Shown: positions 41,981 through 50,674 of the stretch, one piece after another
Layout of the letters: the number at the start of each line of letters is the position of its first letter
How positions within the stretch are numbered: position 1 is the first letter of the stretch
NCBI GenBank assembly: GCA_037443005.1
Contig: JBBIPE010000002.1
Location: forward strand, 6,815-70,814
Source: an archaeon
GTDB taxonomy: Archaea > Nanobdellota > Nanobdellia > Parvarchaeales > Parvarchaeaceae
Direction: 5' to 3'
Length of the DNA stretch: 64,000 nucleotides
Made by a program: the position numbers and the translations under genes
Notes under the pieces: model-generated
Seen by the model: the letters and a program-made list of their open reading frames with translations, nothing else
Databases searched by the model: none
Told to the model about the DNA's origin: nothing

Positions 41981-42730
41981 TTAATCTTTATAGACTTTTC
42001 TTAGGAAAAGCAGGAATCCAGTGTGAAGTATTCCGTTGCTTTCTGGCCTTAGTATATCTCTTTCTACCTCCGTTTTCCAGTCTACCTCATTGTTCTGTAC
42101 AAGTCTTTCCACCTTAAAGCACTGTGGAAGAGTTCTGAGCGTTTTTTCAATCTGGATTATAGAAGGAGAATAAGTTACCAACCTTGCCCCAACTTCAAAG
42201 TTATCCTTTATCTTTGGTAGAGCCGTCCACGGTTCAGGCAAATCCAGAACTCCACAGCTAAATCTCTTCTCCTTAATTCCCTCTCTAACATCTTTGTTTA
42301 TAAATTTTATGTTATCCAATCCGAAAAGTTCAGCGTTCTTAGCTGCAACTTTTATAAAATCCTTTCTTATCTCATAGGAATAGACTTTTATATTGTTTGA
42401 CAGGCTTGCTATTGTGCATGCAGTTATCCCGGATCCGCTTCCTGCATCGAAAACTTTGCTGCCGTCTTTTATCCCAAGATACATTACAATGCTGCCTATA
42501 TCTTTCAGAGTTATTATCTGCGGCAGCCTTACAACCTTTTTTATAAAATCAGGATTTGAAGGATCTACTGCATAGAATGCTATTCCAGTATGTGTCTTTA
42601 TTTTGGAGCCAGGTTTTGCCTTTTTAAGGTCATTCGATTTTATTATGCCAAAGCGTGTATTGCTGTCCTTATCTCTGTCCACGAATATCGAGGCGTTTTC
42701 ATTTATCAGTAGAATTTTTTTTCCTTTCAT
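41981..42730 (-). CDS. trmI: tRNA (adenine-N1)-methyltransferase TrmI/Gcd14 family
   Basis: VFDAGSGSGITA SAM motif, VLDLPEPW motif and an N-terminal beta domain. Confidence 0.8.
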   Translation of the reverse strand: MKGKKILLINENASIFVDRDKDSNTRFGIIKSNDLKKAKPGSKIKTHTGIAFYAVDPSNPDFIKKVVRLPQIITLKDIGSIVMYLGIKDGSKVFDAGSGSGITACTIASLSNNIKVYSYEIRKDFIKVAAKNAELFGLDNIKFINKDVREGIKEKRFSCGVLDLPEPWTALPKIKDNFEVGARLVTYSPSIIQIEKTLRTLPQCFKVERLVQNNEVDWKTEVERDILRPESNGILHTGFLLFLRKVYKD

Positions 42731-43521
42731 AATTCATCTCTTATAACAGTTACCATACTTCCAAAGGACTTACTGCTTGCAACTTTTTGCGCATTTGTAA
42801 TTATAAAAGCTACTGTCTTATATGCGCTTCCGTAGCCCATTATACCTATAAATTCCTTCTTTCCTATAGATCTCTTTCTTATTATTTGCACAATTACCTT
42901 TATTTTTTTTATTCCATAATCACACAGAAATAAATCCTTTTCAAGTTGTTTCGCATTTTCGAAGCCATTTCTTTCAAGTATCTGCAGAGTACTGTTGTCA
43001 TGTGCCTTGTTTGTATCCTCTTTCAAAATCTGTGGTGGCTTTTCTGCTTTTTTGTTCTCCGTCTTTCCTTCCTTTTCATTTATTATCTTTTTCACATCTT
43101 CAAGACTGATTCCCTGTTCGTATAGATAATCGGATTTCTCTCCGGTCTGATCATCCTGTGCCGATACCTTTTTAATAAAATCATCCAGGTTCTGTGATAT
43201 ATATCTCTCGGCTGGAGTCAATAGCTTCATATTTACTACCTTTTCACTTCTTATTCTTGAGACAAGCGCCTTCTCCTGATTATTCAGCGTTTGCATAAGC
43301 AAATCTAATGCTTTATTCTTATCCTTCTCAAGATAATAAACGGGTGATGATCCGAATTTTCTTCTAGTTTTTTTAATCTCACCCTTTGAAACAAAATAAT
43401 CAGTTATAGTCTGTGTCTGCAACGTGTCTTTCTCTATATTCTCCGAAATCTCAAGTATAAGGGACGGGCCACTTTCAAGTTTTCTCATTATTCCGCTGTG
43501 TATTTCATCTATATCTTCCAT
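42727..43521 (-). CDS. Hypothetical protein, possible N-terminal winged-helix domains
   Basis: 264 aa with a charged central linker. It overlaps trmI by 4 nt. No diagnostic motif was recognised. Confidence 0.4.
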   Translation of the reverse strand: MEDIDEIHSGIMRKLESGPSLILEISENIEKDTLQTQTITDYFVSKGEIKKTRRKFGSSPVYYLEKDKNKALDLLMQTLNNQEKALVSRIRSEKVVNMKLLTPAERYISQNLDDFIKKVSAQDDQTGEKSDYLYEQGISLEDVKKIINEKEGKTENKKAEKPPQILKEDTNKAHDNSTLQILERNGFENAKQLEKDLFLCDYGIKKIKVIVQIIRKRSIGKKEFIGIMGYGSAYKTVAFIITNAQKVASSKSFGSMVTVIRDEL

Positions 43522-43600
43522 TTTAAATCCTTAACATATATTATTTATATCTTGTAAATTTTAATATTACTATTAGATGTTAGGCATTGATTTTAAAAAT

Positions 43601-43915
43601 GTGAGTAGGAAATTCCACATCCTTTATGGGTGGGGATGAAAGCGAACTCAGAAAAGAATATAATAATGGAAGACAACATAAAAGATATGGAGACAATAAG
43701 ATCCTACAAATTCAGGATCTATCCAGACATAAAGAAACAGTCAGAAATAAACAATATGCTCGTTCTTGCGCAAAGGCTTTACAACAAACTACTTGAGAAA
43801 TCAATTCAGTCATACAAGAACGGAAAAGGTAAAACCTCCATTTCTCAGTTTAATGAATCCAGAAAAGAAGTAATAGCAGAGAATAAGGACTTTCTAAAGC
43901 TGTATTCTCAGACAG
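43601..43915 (+). mobile_element. 5' fragment of the tnpB-only IS (left end + first ~76 tnpB codons), copy 3
   Basis: Left end GTGAGTAGGAAATTCCACATCCTTTATGGGTGGGGATGAAAGCGAAC. The tnpB ATG at 43686 begins METIRSYKFRIYPDIKKQSEINNMLVLAQRLYNKLLEKSIQSYKNG...LKLYSQT, after which homology is lost. The track ORF start at 43630 lies inside the non-coding left end. Confidence 0.7.
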
Positions 43916-43955
43916 GATATAAAATAGAGTACATGATGAAAAGAGGCGAATTTTT

Positions 43956-44483
43956 ATGAACAGGAAAGGGCAGATATTCACAATAGATCTGCTTATATCT
44001 CTTTTTATCTTCCTGCTGCTGTTTACTACAGTCCTGCTTTTTCTGTATTCAAATGCCGATATAGACAATTCTTATTCCTCATACTACTCGCAACTGGAGT
44101 CAAATTATATCAATAATATAGCAGTACAAGGGGCAAATTCCTTGGTTGAGTCGGAAGGCTATCCTGTGGATTGGAATACTCTTACGTGCAGTCAAATAAA
44201 ACAGGTTGGTTTAATGCAAACTTACCTTGAGGCTTCGCCGTCAAAGCTTTATAACCTTACGACCCTGCCGGTTTCCTGTCTTTCTGCGCTTTTAAAAGCA
44301 GGGGCCAACTTTAACATCGCGTTTTATTACCTTAATAATTCAATGTTAAGGATAAACGGAGTGCCTATTACTGCGGGTTTTCCAATAGATCTCTCGGCTG
44401 ATTACATCTCTTCCATAGAGCGGTTTGTGGTTTTATACCCTGGAAATGAAATAATTCGTTTATCTTATAGGGAGTGGTCATGA
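43956..44483 (+). CDS. Class III signal peptide (type IV pilin-like) protein
   Basis: MNRKGQIFTIDLLISLFIFLLLF has a K-G|Q prepilin-peptidase-type site followed by a hydrophobic helix. Confidence 0.65.
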   Translation: MNRKGQIFTIDLLISLFIFLLLFTTVLLFLYSNADIDNSYSSYYSQLESNYINNIAVQGANSLVESEGYPVDWNTLTCSQIKQVGLMQTYLEASPSKLYNLTTLPVSCLSALLKAGANFNIAFYYLNNSMLRINGVPITAGFPIDLSADYISSIERFVVLYPGNEIIRLSYREWS

Positions 44484-45172
44484 AAAAAGGGCAGATATTT
44501 ACGATAGATCTTGTTGTCGGAAGCATAATAATACTGAGCGTTATAATCTCCGCCTATTCTATAACAAATTACTACCTTTCGCTCAACAGTTCAATAACCA
44601 CGAATAGCAATTTTATTTCCCTAGTTTACTCGGCTATTTCATCTTTTTCTACTGTGTCATCCACACAATCTGCATTGTTAAATTTTCAGGAAGGGGGTTC
44701 TTCTTCGGCTCTATCGAATTATATCTCATCTACTTTCAATGCAGAGATACACAGCCCGTTTACTATAAATATATTTAAAAAAAGCAATTACTCCTCGGAT
44801 AGCATACCCGATTCATTGATATTCTCCTATAGTTCAGGACCATCGTCCTCTTCATATCTTGATTTCTACGAGCCGATAATAATAACAAATTATAGTAGTG
44901 CCTGCGGTTCCTCCTGCAATTCATCTCTTTCAATAAACAGTGTATTTCCCTCATATAACACGACAATAAACTCGGTAAACTGCAATGTATTATACGGAAA
45001 CGGCACGGCTACTGGATGGACAATCCTAAATAATACTCCTTCTGGGTACTGTACTATAGAAGTGCCTTCATCTGCAAATCCCGGCGGCTACGATACAGTA
45101 ACCGCTTCATCTGGCTCCGCTACTCTTCGAGTTATTGTGCTTGATTTGATGCAGTTTGAAGTTTCAAAGTGA
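44480..45172 (+). CDS. Class III signal peptide (type IV pilin-like) protein, Ser-rich
   Basis: ATGA overlap with the upstream stop. MKKGQIFTIDLVVGSIIIL shares KGQIFTIDL exactly with the upstream gene. Confidence 0.65.
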   Translation: MKKGQIFTIDLVVGSIIILSVIISAYSITNYYLSLNSSITTNSNFISLVYSAISSFSTVSSTQSALLNFQEGGSSSALSNYISSTFNAEIHSPFTINIFKKSNYSSDSIPDSLIFSYSSGPSSSSYLDFYEPIIITNYSSACGSSCNSSLSINSVFPSYNTTINSVNCNVLYGNGTATGWTILNNTPSGYCTIEVPSSANPGGYDTVTASSGSATLRVIVLDLMQFEVSK

Positions 45173-45173
45173 C

Positions 45174-45407
45174 TTATATAAAGACAACGGCCCTGTTCTT
45201 TTCAATCGATCTAAGCTGCAGTTCCATTTCCTCAAGTTTTGCTTCCACATCCCCCTGAGATATACCGACTCTAACTGCGAGGTTGTTTATATTTACTAGC
45301 AATTCGCTCATTTTTTTTGCTTTCTCAAAGTCTACATTGTTTTTGTACTGGTTGTATAGAGTTATCTGCTCCAGAAGCTTTTCATATAAACTTTTTATTT
45401 CCTCCAT
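45174..45407 (-). CDS. Small coiled-coil hypothetical protein
   Basis: 77-aa helical ORF with heptad-like charged pattern. Confidence 0.35.
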   Translation of the reverse strand: MEEIKSLYEKLLEQITLYNQYKNNVDFEKAKKMSELLVNINNLAVRVGISQGDVEAKLEEMELQLRSIEKNRAVVFI

Positions 45408-45511
45408 TTTTATCCCCCCTCATATCTATATGTGGCTAAATCTAGGATTAAAAGAGCCTCTTTGTATTACTATTATATTACTGTGGAAATTTATTTTATA
45501 GCACAGAGCAG

Positions 45512-47230
45512 TTATTCGGCAAAGTAGTTTCCGGCCGCTTTCTGTTCAATATCAAGCCTGCTTCCCCTCTGGTTTATTCTTGGCCTTCCGCTGTCCTTAT
45601 CCCTTCTGATAGTTATGTCCATTCCTTTCAGGAAGTTGTTTATAGCCTTCTCCGTTTTTTCTATATCATCAGTCATGCCGTTTATTCCTTTTTGACCTCT
45701 AAAAAGTATACTTCTTGGGCAAGTTGAATCCAGGAATGCAAGGTCATGGTCAACTATTATTGCACATTTATTCCTGGAAGAGATAAATAAGGATATTATG
45801 TTCATAGATTCCAGCCTGTCTTCTATATCCAAATTCGCAGATGGCTCATCTATAAGATAGATATCTGCATTTTGCATTAAAGTCGTCATTATCGCAAGCT
45901 TCTGCAGCTCTCCACCGGAAAGGTTCTTAACATTCTTCTTCATGATCTTGTTTATTCCCAATTTATTGAAAGCAGATATTATACCCATATCATTTGTATA
46001 ATTTGGATTTATGCTTATTAAAGTATTTTCAACTATACCATCAAAAGGCTTGATGATCTGAGGTTTATAGGCAATTTTTATGCCCAAATCAAGTTTTCCT
46101 ATACTTGTTTCAGTCAGTCCCGCAAGCGATTTTATAAACGTGCTTTTACCTATTCCATTCTCTCCTATTACACCTATTACATCTCCCTTGAAAATCTTAC
46201 CGCCTTTTGTATCAAGCGTAAAGCTGTCAATTTTTACACTGAATTCCGGCCAGGTTATAAATGGCTCGTTGGTTACAGGCGGGAGGACCTTTTTTATGTG
46301 TATACTATAATCTCTGAATCTCACGTTTTCGGTTGGAAGATAACCATTAAGATATGTATTTATGCCGTTTCTTGAGGGCATTATATGGGAAGCTATTCCG
46401 TAGTTTGCCTCTGAACCGTATAATATCTGTATAAAATCTGTTATATAGTCTAGCATAACAAGATCATGTTCAACAACCACAACAGTTTTATCCTTTAAAT
46501 TCTCTTTTATTTTTGTTGAAACATTTAGCCTTGTATTTATATCTAAATAATTCATCGGCTCATCAAATATATAAACATCCGCATCTTCATCCAATGTCTT
46601 GGCTATTTCGACAAGCTGTGATTCTCCTCCAGAAAGCGTTTCTGTGTCTCTGTCCATTATTGCGGGGTCTATAATGTTTAATCTATCCTTTTTTACTATA
46701 TCTCTTACCTTTCCTTTCTGTGAAAAAGACTGCTCCTTCTTCGCTATTTTCATTTCACTTGAATATATCTTTGTCAAGTAAGGTTGTATGTCCTTCCCTC
46801 TGAACCTTTTTATTATCTCTTCATTGGAATAAGTCCTGCTAAAATCTCCGAAATTAGGTTTTATCTTGTCCGATATAAGGTTTATGTTCGTAGTTTTTCC
46901 TATCCCATTCCTTCCTATAAGCCCCACTATCTTGTTCTCTATTGGTGTCGCTATACTAAATGTTCTAAAGCTGTTTATACCATACTGGAAAGTTAGATCC
47001 TTTGCCATCTCATCCGGTAGATTTATTATCTTTATAGCGTCAAAAGGGCAGCGTTTTACACATATTCCGCAGGAAATACAAAGGCTTTCTGTTATTGCGG
47101 CTTTTCCGTTTTCCCTTGCATAAACGGTTTCCTTTGCACCCTCTCTAACCCTTGGACAGACATCCGCACATATATAATTGCAGTTATCAGGGGCCTCGCA
47201 TTCGCTTTCCTTTATAACAGCAACTCTCAT
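45512..47230 (-). CDS. abce1: ABCE1 / RNase L inhibitor-type ribosome recycling ATPase
   Basis: N-terminal 2x[4Fe-4S] Cys motifs (CADVCP.., CISCGICVKRCP), and two ABC modules (GRNGIGKT, LSGGE; GENGIGKS, LSGGE). Confidence 0.95.
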   Translation of the reverse strand: MRVAVIKESECEAPDNCNYICADVCPRVREGAKETVYARENGKAAITESLCISCGICVKRCPFDAIKIINLPDEMAKDLTFQYGINSFRTFSIATPIENKIVGLIGRNGIGKTTNINLISDKIKPNFGDFSRTYSNEEIIKRFRGKDIQPYLTKIYSSEMKIAKKEQSFSQKGKVRDIVKKDRLNIIDPAIMDRDTETLSGGESQLVEIAKTLDEDADVYIFDEPMNYLDINTRLNVSTKIKENLKDKTVVVVEHDLVMLDYITDFIQILYGSEANYGIASHIMPSRNGINTYLNGYLPTENVRFRDYSIHIKKVLPPVTNEPFITWPEFSVKIDSFTLDTKGGKIFKGDVIGVIGENGIGKSTFIKSLAGLTETSIGKLDLGIKIAYKPQIIKPFDGIVENTLISINPNYTNDMGIISAFNKLGINKIMKKNVKNLSGGELQKLAIMTTLMQNADIYLIDEPSANLDIEDRLESMNIISLFISSRNKCAIIVDHDLAFLDSTCPRSILFRGQKGINGMTDDIEKTEKAINNFLKGMDITIRRDKDSGRPRINQRGSRLDIEQKAAGNYFAE

Positions 47231-47327
47231 TTTCTTAGTATACCTATCATATTTTATTTACCTATACTTTAATATCGCTCCTTCTATTTTTAAATATCTA
47301 CTATTTAATAGTTTCCTATTTAAAAAA

Positions 47328-47371
47328 GGTGAACGGAAAGTCCCACACACTTTACCGGCTGGAGAATGTCA
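47328..47371 (+). repeat. Solo IS-end-like sequence (left-end-like start, right-end-like terminus)
   Basis: GGTGAACGGAAAGTCCCACACACTTTACCGGCTGGAGAATGTCAT can be compared with left ends GTGAGCGGGAAATCCCACATCCTTTA and right end ...GGGAGGATGTCAT. It lies in the divergent abce1 / CoA-binding-gene intergenic region. Confidence 0.5.
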
Positions 47372-47445
47372 TAATTATTTATGTTATATAATAGAAGTGA
47401 ATTATAATCAGTTATTTATAAATATTTTAAATGTTTTGAAATTAT

Positions 47446-47916
47446 ATGGATAATGAAGAAAAATGCTCTTTAGAGGAGCATAAAGAAATAATGAAAATGC
47501 CTAAAGACAGCCACATGGACAGCGAGATAAAAAGCATACTTTCGGATTATAAAAATGTTGCAGTAGTTGGTATGTCAAGAGAACCTGGAAAGGACAGTCA
47601 TGAGGTGCCTGCTTATCTGATTCAAAAAGGATATAATGTTATTCCTGTAAATCCAAATGCCGATTCAATACTTGAAAGGAAATCCTACAAATCAATCTCC
47701 GATGCCAGCGAAAAAATAGATATAGTTGATATATTCCGGCCTTCGGACAAGGTACTGCCGGTTGTTTTCGCAGCAATTAAGAAATCACCCAAAGTGATAT
47801 GGATGCAGGAGGGCATATACAATGAGGAGGCAAAGAAGCTTGCTGAATCCAAGGGAATAAAGGTCATATTCAACAGGTGCATGATGAAGGAGCACATAAG
47901 GCTTTTTGGCAGCTGA
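47446..47916 (+). CDS. CoA-binding domain protein (YccU/YneT-like)
   Basis: YKNVAVVGMSREPGKDSH...GYNVIPVNPN...VDIFRP...VIWMQEG pattern. Confidence 0.75.
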   Translation: MDNEEKCSLEEHKEIMKMPKDSHMDSEIKSILSDYKNVAVVGMSREPGKDSHEVPAYLIQKGYNVIPVNPNADSILERKSYKSISDASEKIDIVDIFRPSDKVLPVVFAAIKKSPKVIWMQEGIYNEEAKKLAESKGIKVIFNRCMMKEHIRLFGS

Positions 47917-47946
47917 TTTTGGCCTTTTTACCCTTAAAGTATTTAA

Positions 47947-48372
47947 ATGTATACTACTAAAAATCACTGTATGTCAACTTCAATTTGCAAATGCTACAAA
48001 TGCGGTTATAAGTTTAATTATGAGTTCATACCAGGTGCATCATTTCATTCAATTAGATTAGGAACTAAAAGGATATTCCGCTGCCCGAAATGTCATACAC
48101 TGCAGAAATTCGATTTGATGACTAAAGGGCCGGATAAATCCCTTAAAACATATGGCGATTCTGCAGAATTGGGTCTGGGATTTAAGATATGGATAAATGC
48201 GCTTGTAATCCCCCTGATTTTTATATTTGCGGGGGTTGTCTCATTGTTTTTAATAAATCAAAAGTACTACCTTTTTATTGGTTTATTGACTGTAGGAATA
48301 ATCTGGATATTAGTTTATCTTGTATATCTTATAGTAAATACCGGCCCAAAAGGTGGTAAAAATGGTGTATAG
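47947..48372 (+). CDS. Zinc-ribbon (CxxC...CxxC) membrane protein, unknown function
   Basis: CKCYKCG...CPKCH followed by two TM helices. Confidence 0.45.
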   Translation: MYTTKNHCMSTSICKCYKCGYKFNYEFIPGASFHSIRLGTKRIFRCPKCHTLQKFDLMTKGPDKSLKTYGDSAELGLGFKIWINALVIPLIFIFAGVVSLFLINQKYYLFIGLLTVGIIWILVYLVYLIVNTGPKGGKNGV

Positions 48373-48910
48373 TTTTGCTTTTCAGCTGCCGGGATATACA
48401 AATATAATCTTTCTCATACCTATAATTTCAGGTCTAGTGGTTATATCGCTTGCTCTTTTATTTAGAAAAAAAGGGGAAAATAGCAAGGGAATCAGGCATA
48501 CTTTTTACGGTGTGATAATAACAGGAATTGCAATTGTATTAATTGGTATAATCTTAATGTTTTTGCCTTCACGTGCTTTTATAACAGTGGGGCATGGATA
48601 TGTTTACGTTGATACTGCAGCTCCTTTAGGCGGCAGCATAAATGTTACATCAAATGAGATAACTGCGGTTTATCTATCAAATATAGATTCCGGCAATCTC
48701 ACTCTTTCATTGAGAAAGGACGGAACAAGCATAGGGAACCTAAATCTTGGTTTGTATACATTAAGCAACGGTGCAATGGCCTATGTAGCCTCGGACAATT
48801 CAACAGATGTTATAATTAAGCTGAATAACGGCGATTATGTGATAATGGGGACAAATCAGACTTCAAGTCTTGCTGCGATTATAACAAAGGAAGTATACAG
48901 TGTAAGCTGA
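48353..48910 (+). CDS. Membrane protein with C-terminal beta-rich domain, unknown function
   Basis: 185 aa with three TM helices followed by a soluble domain. It overlaps the upstream gene by 20 nt. Confidence 0.45.
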   Translation: MVKMVYSFAFQLPGYTNIIFLIPIISGLVVISLALLFRKKGENSKGIRHTFYGVIITGIAIVLIGIILMFLPSRAFITVGHGYVYVDTAAPLGGSINVTSNEITAVYLSNIDSGNLTLSLRKDGTSIGNLNLGLYTLSNGAMAYVASDNSTDVIIKLNNGDYVIMGTNQTSSLAAIITKEVYSVS

Positions 48911-48949
48911 TTGAAAAAGCATTTATCCTTTGAACATTCATTATAAATT

Positions 48950-50674
48950 ATGGCAGAATACATGCTGAACAACAAATTTAATGATCCATTCAATAAGGTC
49001 CAGTTTGGTGTTTCTATAGGAGAAAGGAACCAGCTGGAGGAATTCTCAAAAGTACTTAGAAGCGGGGCCAGGATGGTTGAGATTGATGTGGCAAGTGTTT
49101 ATGGCTTAGGAGGTGAGCAGGGGAATGCTGCTGACACTATAAGCAAAGCGGAGAGGGAGGCAATAGCCAATCTAGCAAAGACTAATGACGTAGATTTAAG
49201 TGTTCACGCACCATGGGCTGTTAATTTTTCTGGTTTAAACCCTCAGTCAGGCAAGAAAGAGCAAACATATGAACATATGGTTGACAGAGAGGTAAGCACA
49301 GCATTGGAGTTCGCTGATGATATAAGCAGGAAGATGGGCAGAAAGAATATACCTGTCATCTTTCATGCCTCCTCTGATAATTTTTCGGATCCGGACAAAA
49401 ATACAGTGTATTCAGTTTATGACAGTGAAGAGGACAAGATTATGCAGGTCCAGACACAGGAAATTAATCTGGGTGTAGATACAAACCAGGTAACAAGTAT
49501 AGAAGACAGAAAAAACAAAGCAAAGGAAAAATTCATGGATATATACGGAAAGGATCTATACAATAAAATTTTTAATAATAGTGGCCAGCAGCTTGGATTC
49601 TTCTCGGACGATGGCAAGGTTATACTGAAACCAGAAGGTTCATTTGAATTTCAGAAGGATAAATTCTCCCAGCAGTTCAGTCAGGAGCGGGCCAACCTTA
49701 ATTTTACACAGAGGAACCTAGAATATAGGAAATTGAATGCAATGAACAGTATGGCTAATGCGAAGGCGAAATCCGATTTAAATGCGCTTAAAGCGGCACA
49801 GCAGGATTTAGAAGAAGTGAATAAAATGATAAAGGATACAAATGAGAGAATGGGAGAGCTGAAGATTCAGGAAAATAACTTAGATAAAAGATTTATACCT
49901 TATGATAATATCGCTCCAAATCTAGCCGCAGAGGGGATAGCAAAGGCTGCTATGGTATCATATAAAAACACAGAGTCCAAACCAGTGATACTTGTGGAGA
50001 ATCCGATGTCTCCCGAGATGTCATTGAGCAATCCAAAGGATACAGCAGAAGCGGTAAAATTAGCCAGGCAGAAATTTGCGGAGGAGCTACAACAGAAAGA
50101 GCATATCTCATTAAAGGAAGCTGAGAGGGTAAGCAGTGATCTTATAGGGATAAATTTGGATATAGGGCATATAAATGTTTTTAAATCATATATAAATCCA
50201 AAGACCGGCGAGCCGTATTCAGATAAAGATATAGTTGAAATGTCAAAATCTGCGGCAGAATACCTGAAAAGATACCATCTAAATGATAATATGGGAAACA
50301 GAGACAGTCATCTTCCGCTAGGACAGGGAAATGCGCCGATAAAGGAAGTTTATGATGCTATGATGGAAAAAGGCCTAGACGTACCTGCAATAATGGAGGT
50401 TTTCGGTGGCCTAGGCGGTTTGGAGGTAGGTGCAGTTCAGTCTCTTCAATATATGGGCGCACCTATATACGGGAATACTCCCTATGTTTCACTGCCGGCT
50501 TATCTGGGCCAGCCTTATTCTTCAATAGTCGGAGATTACTCTTCTTACTCCAATCTAGGTTTAAAGTACGATTTATTCTCATATGGTGGTTTTTCAGGTT
50601 TGTTTCCTGCCACAGGAGGAGGTTACATGGAAAATAAGGGGAATCAGTCTTTCTCCGGACAGCCGATGTTTTGA
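48950..50674 (+). CDS. Endonuclease IV / xylose-isomerase-like TIM-barrel protein with large coiled-coil insertion and Tyr/Gly/Ser-rich tail
   Basis: The ordered motifs SVHAP, VIFHAS, ILVENP, LDIGH, YHLNDN, DSHLPLGQG and IMEV mirror the Endo IV metal-ligand series (HAPY, xxHPG, LEN, DTCH, HLND, DRHxxIG, ILE). About 200 aa (aa ~142-343) are inserted between the second His and the Glu. The tail at aa ~503-574 is Y/G/S-rich. Confidence 0.6.
   Translation: MAEYMLNNKFNDPFNKVQFGVSIGERNQLEEFSKVLRSGARMVEIDVASVYGLGGEQGNAADTISKAEREAIANLAKTNDVDLSVHAPWAVNFSGLNPQSGKKEQTYEHMVDREVSTALEFADDISRKMGRKNIPVIFHASSDNFSDPDKNTVYSVYDSEEDKIMQVQTQEINLGVDTNQVTSIEDRKNKAKEKFMDIYGKDLYNKIFNNSGQQLGFFSDDGKVILKPEGSFEFQKDKFSQQFSQERANLNFTQRNLEYRKLNAMNSMANAKAKSDLNALKAAQQDLEEVNKMIKDTNERMGELKIQENNLDKRFIPYDNIAPNLAAEGIAKAAMVSYKNTESKPVILVENPMSPEMSLSNPKDTAEAVKLARQKFAEELQQKEHISLKEAERVSSDLIGINLDIGHINVFKSYINPKTGEPYSDKDIVEMSKSAAEYLKRYHLNDNMGNRDSHLPLGQGNAPIKEVYDAMMEKGLDVPAIMEVFGGLGGLEVGAVQSLQYMGAPIYGNTPYVSLPAYLGQPYSSIVGDYSSYSNLGLKYDLFSYGGFSGLFPATGGGYMENKGNQSFSGQPMF

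Noticed and set aside
43630-43685. Track ORF start at 43630 giving an N-terminal extension (MGMKANSEKNIIMEDNIKD) to the tnpB fragment
   Set aside because: This stretch aligns with the non-coding left end/leader of the other IS copies. The conserved tnpB start is the ATG at 43686 (METIRSYKFRIYP).
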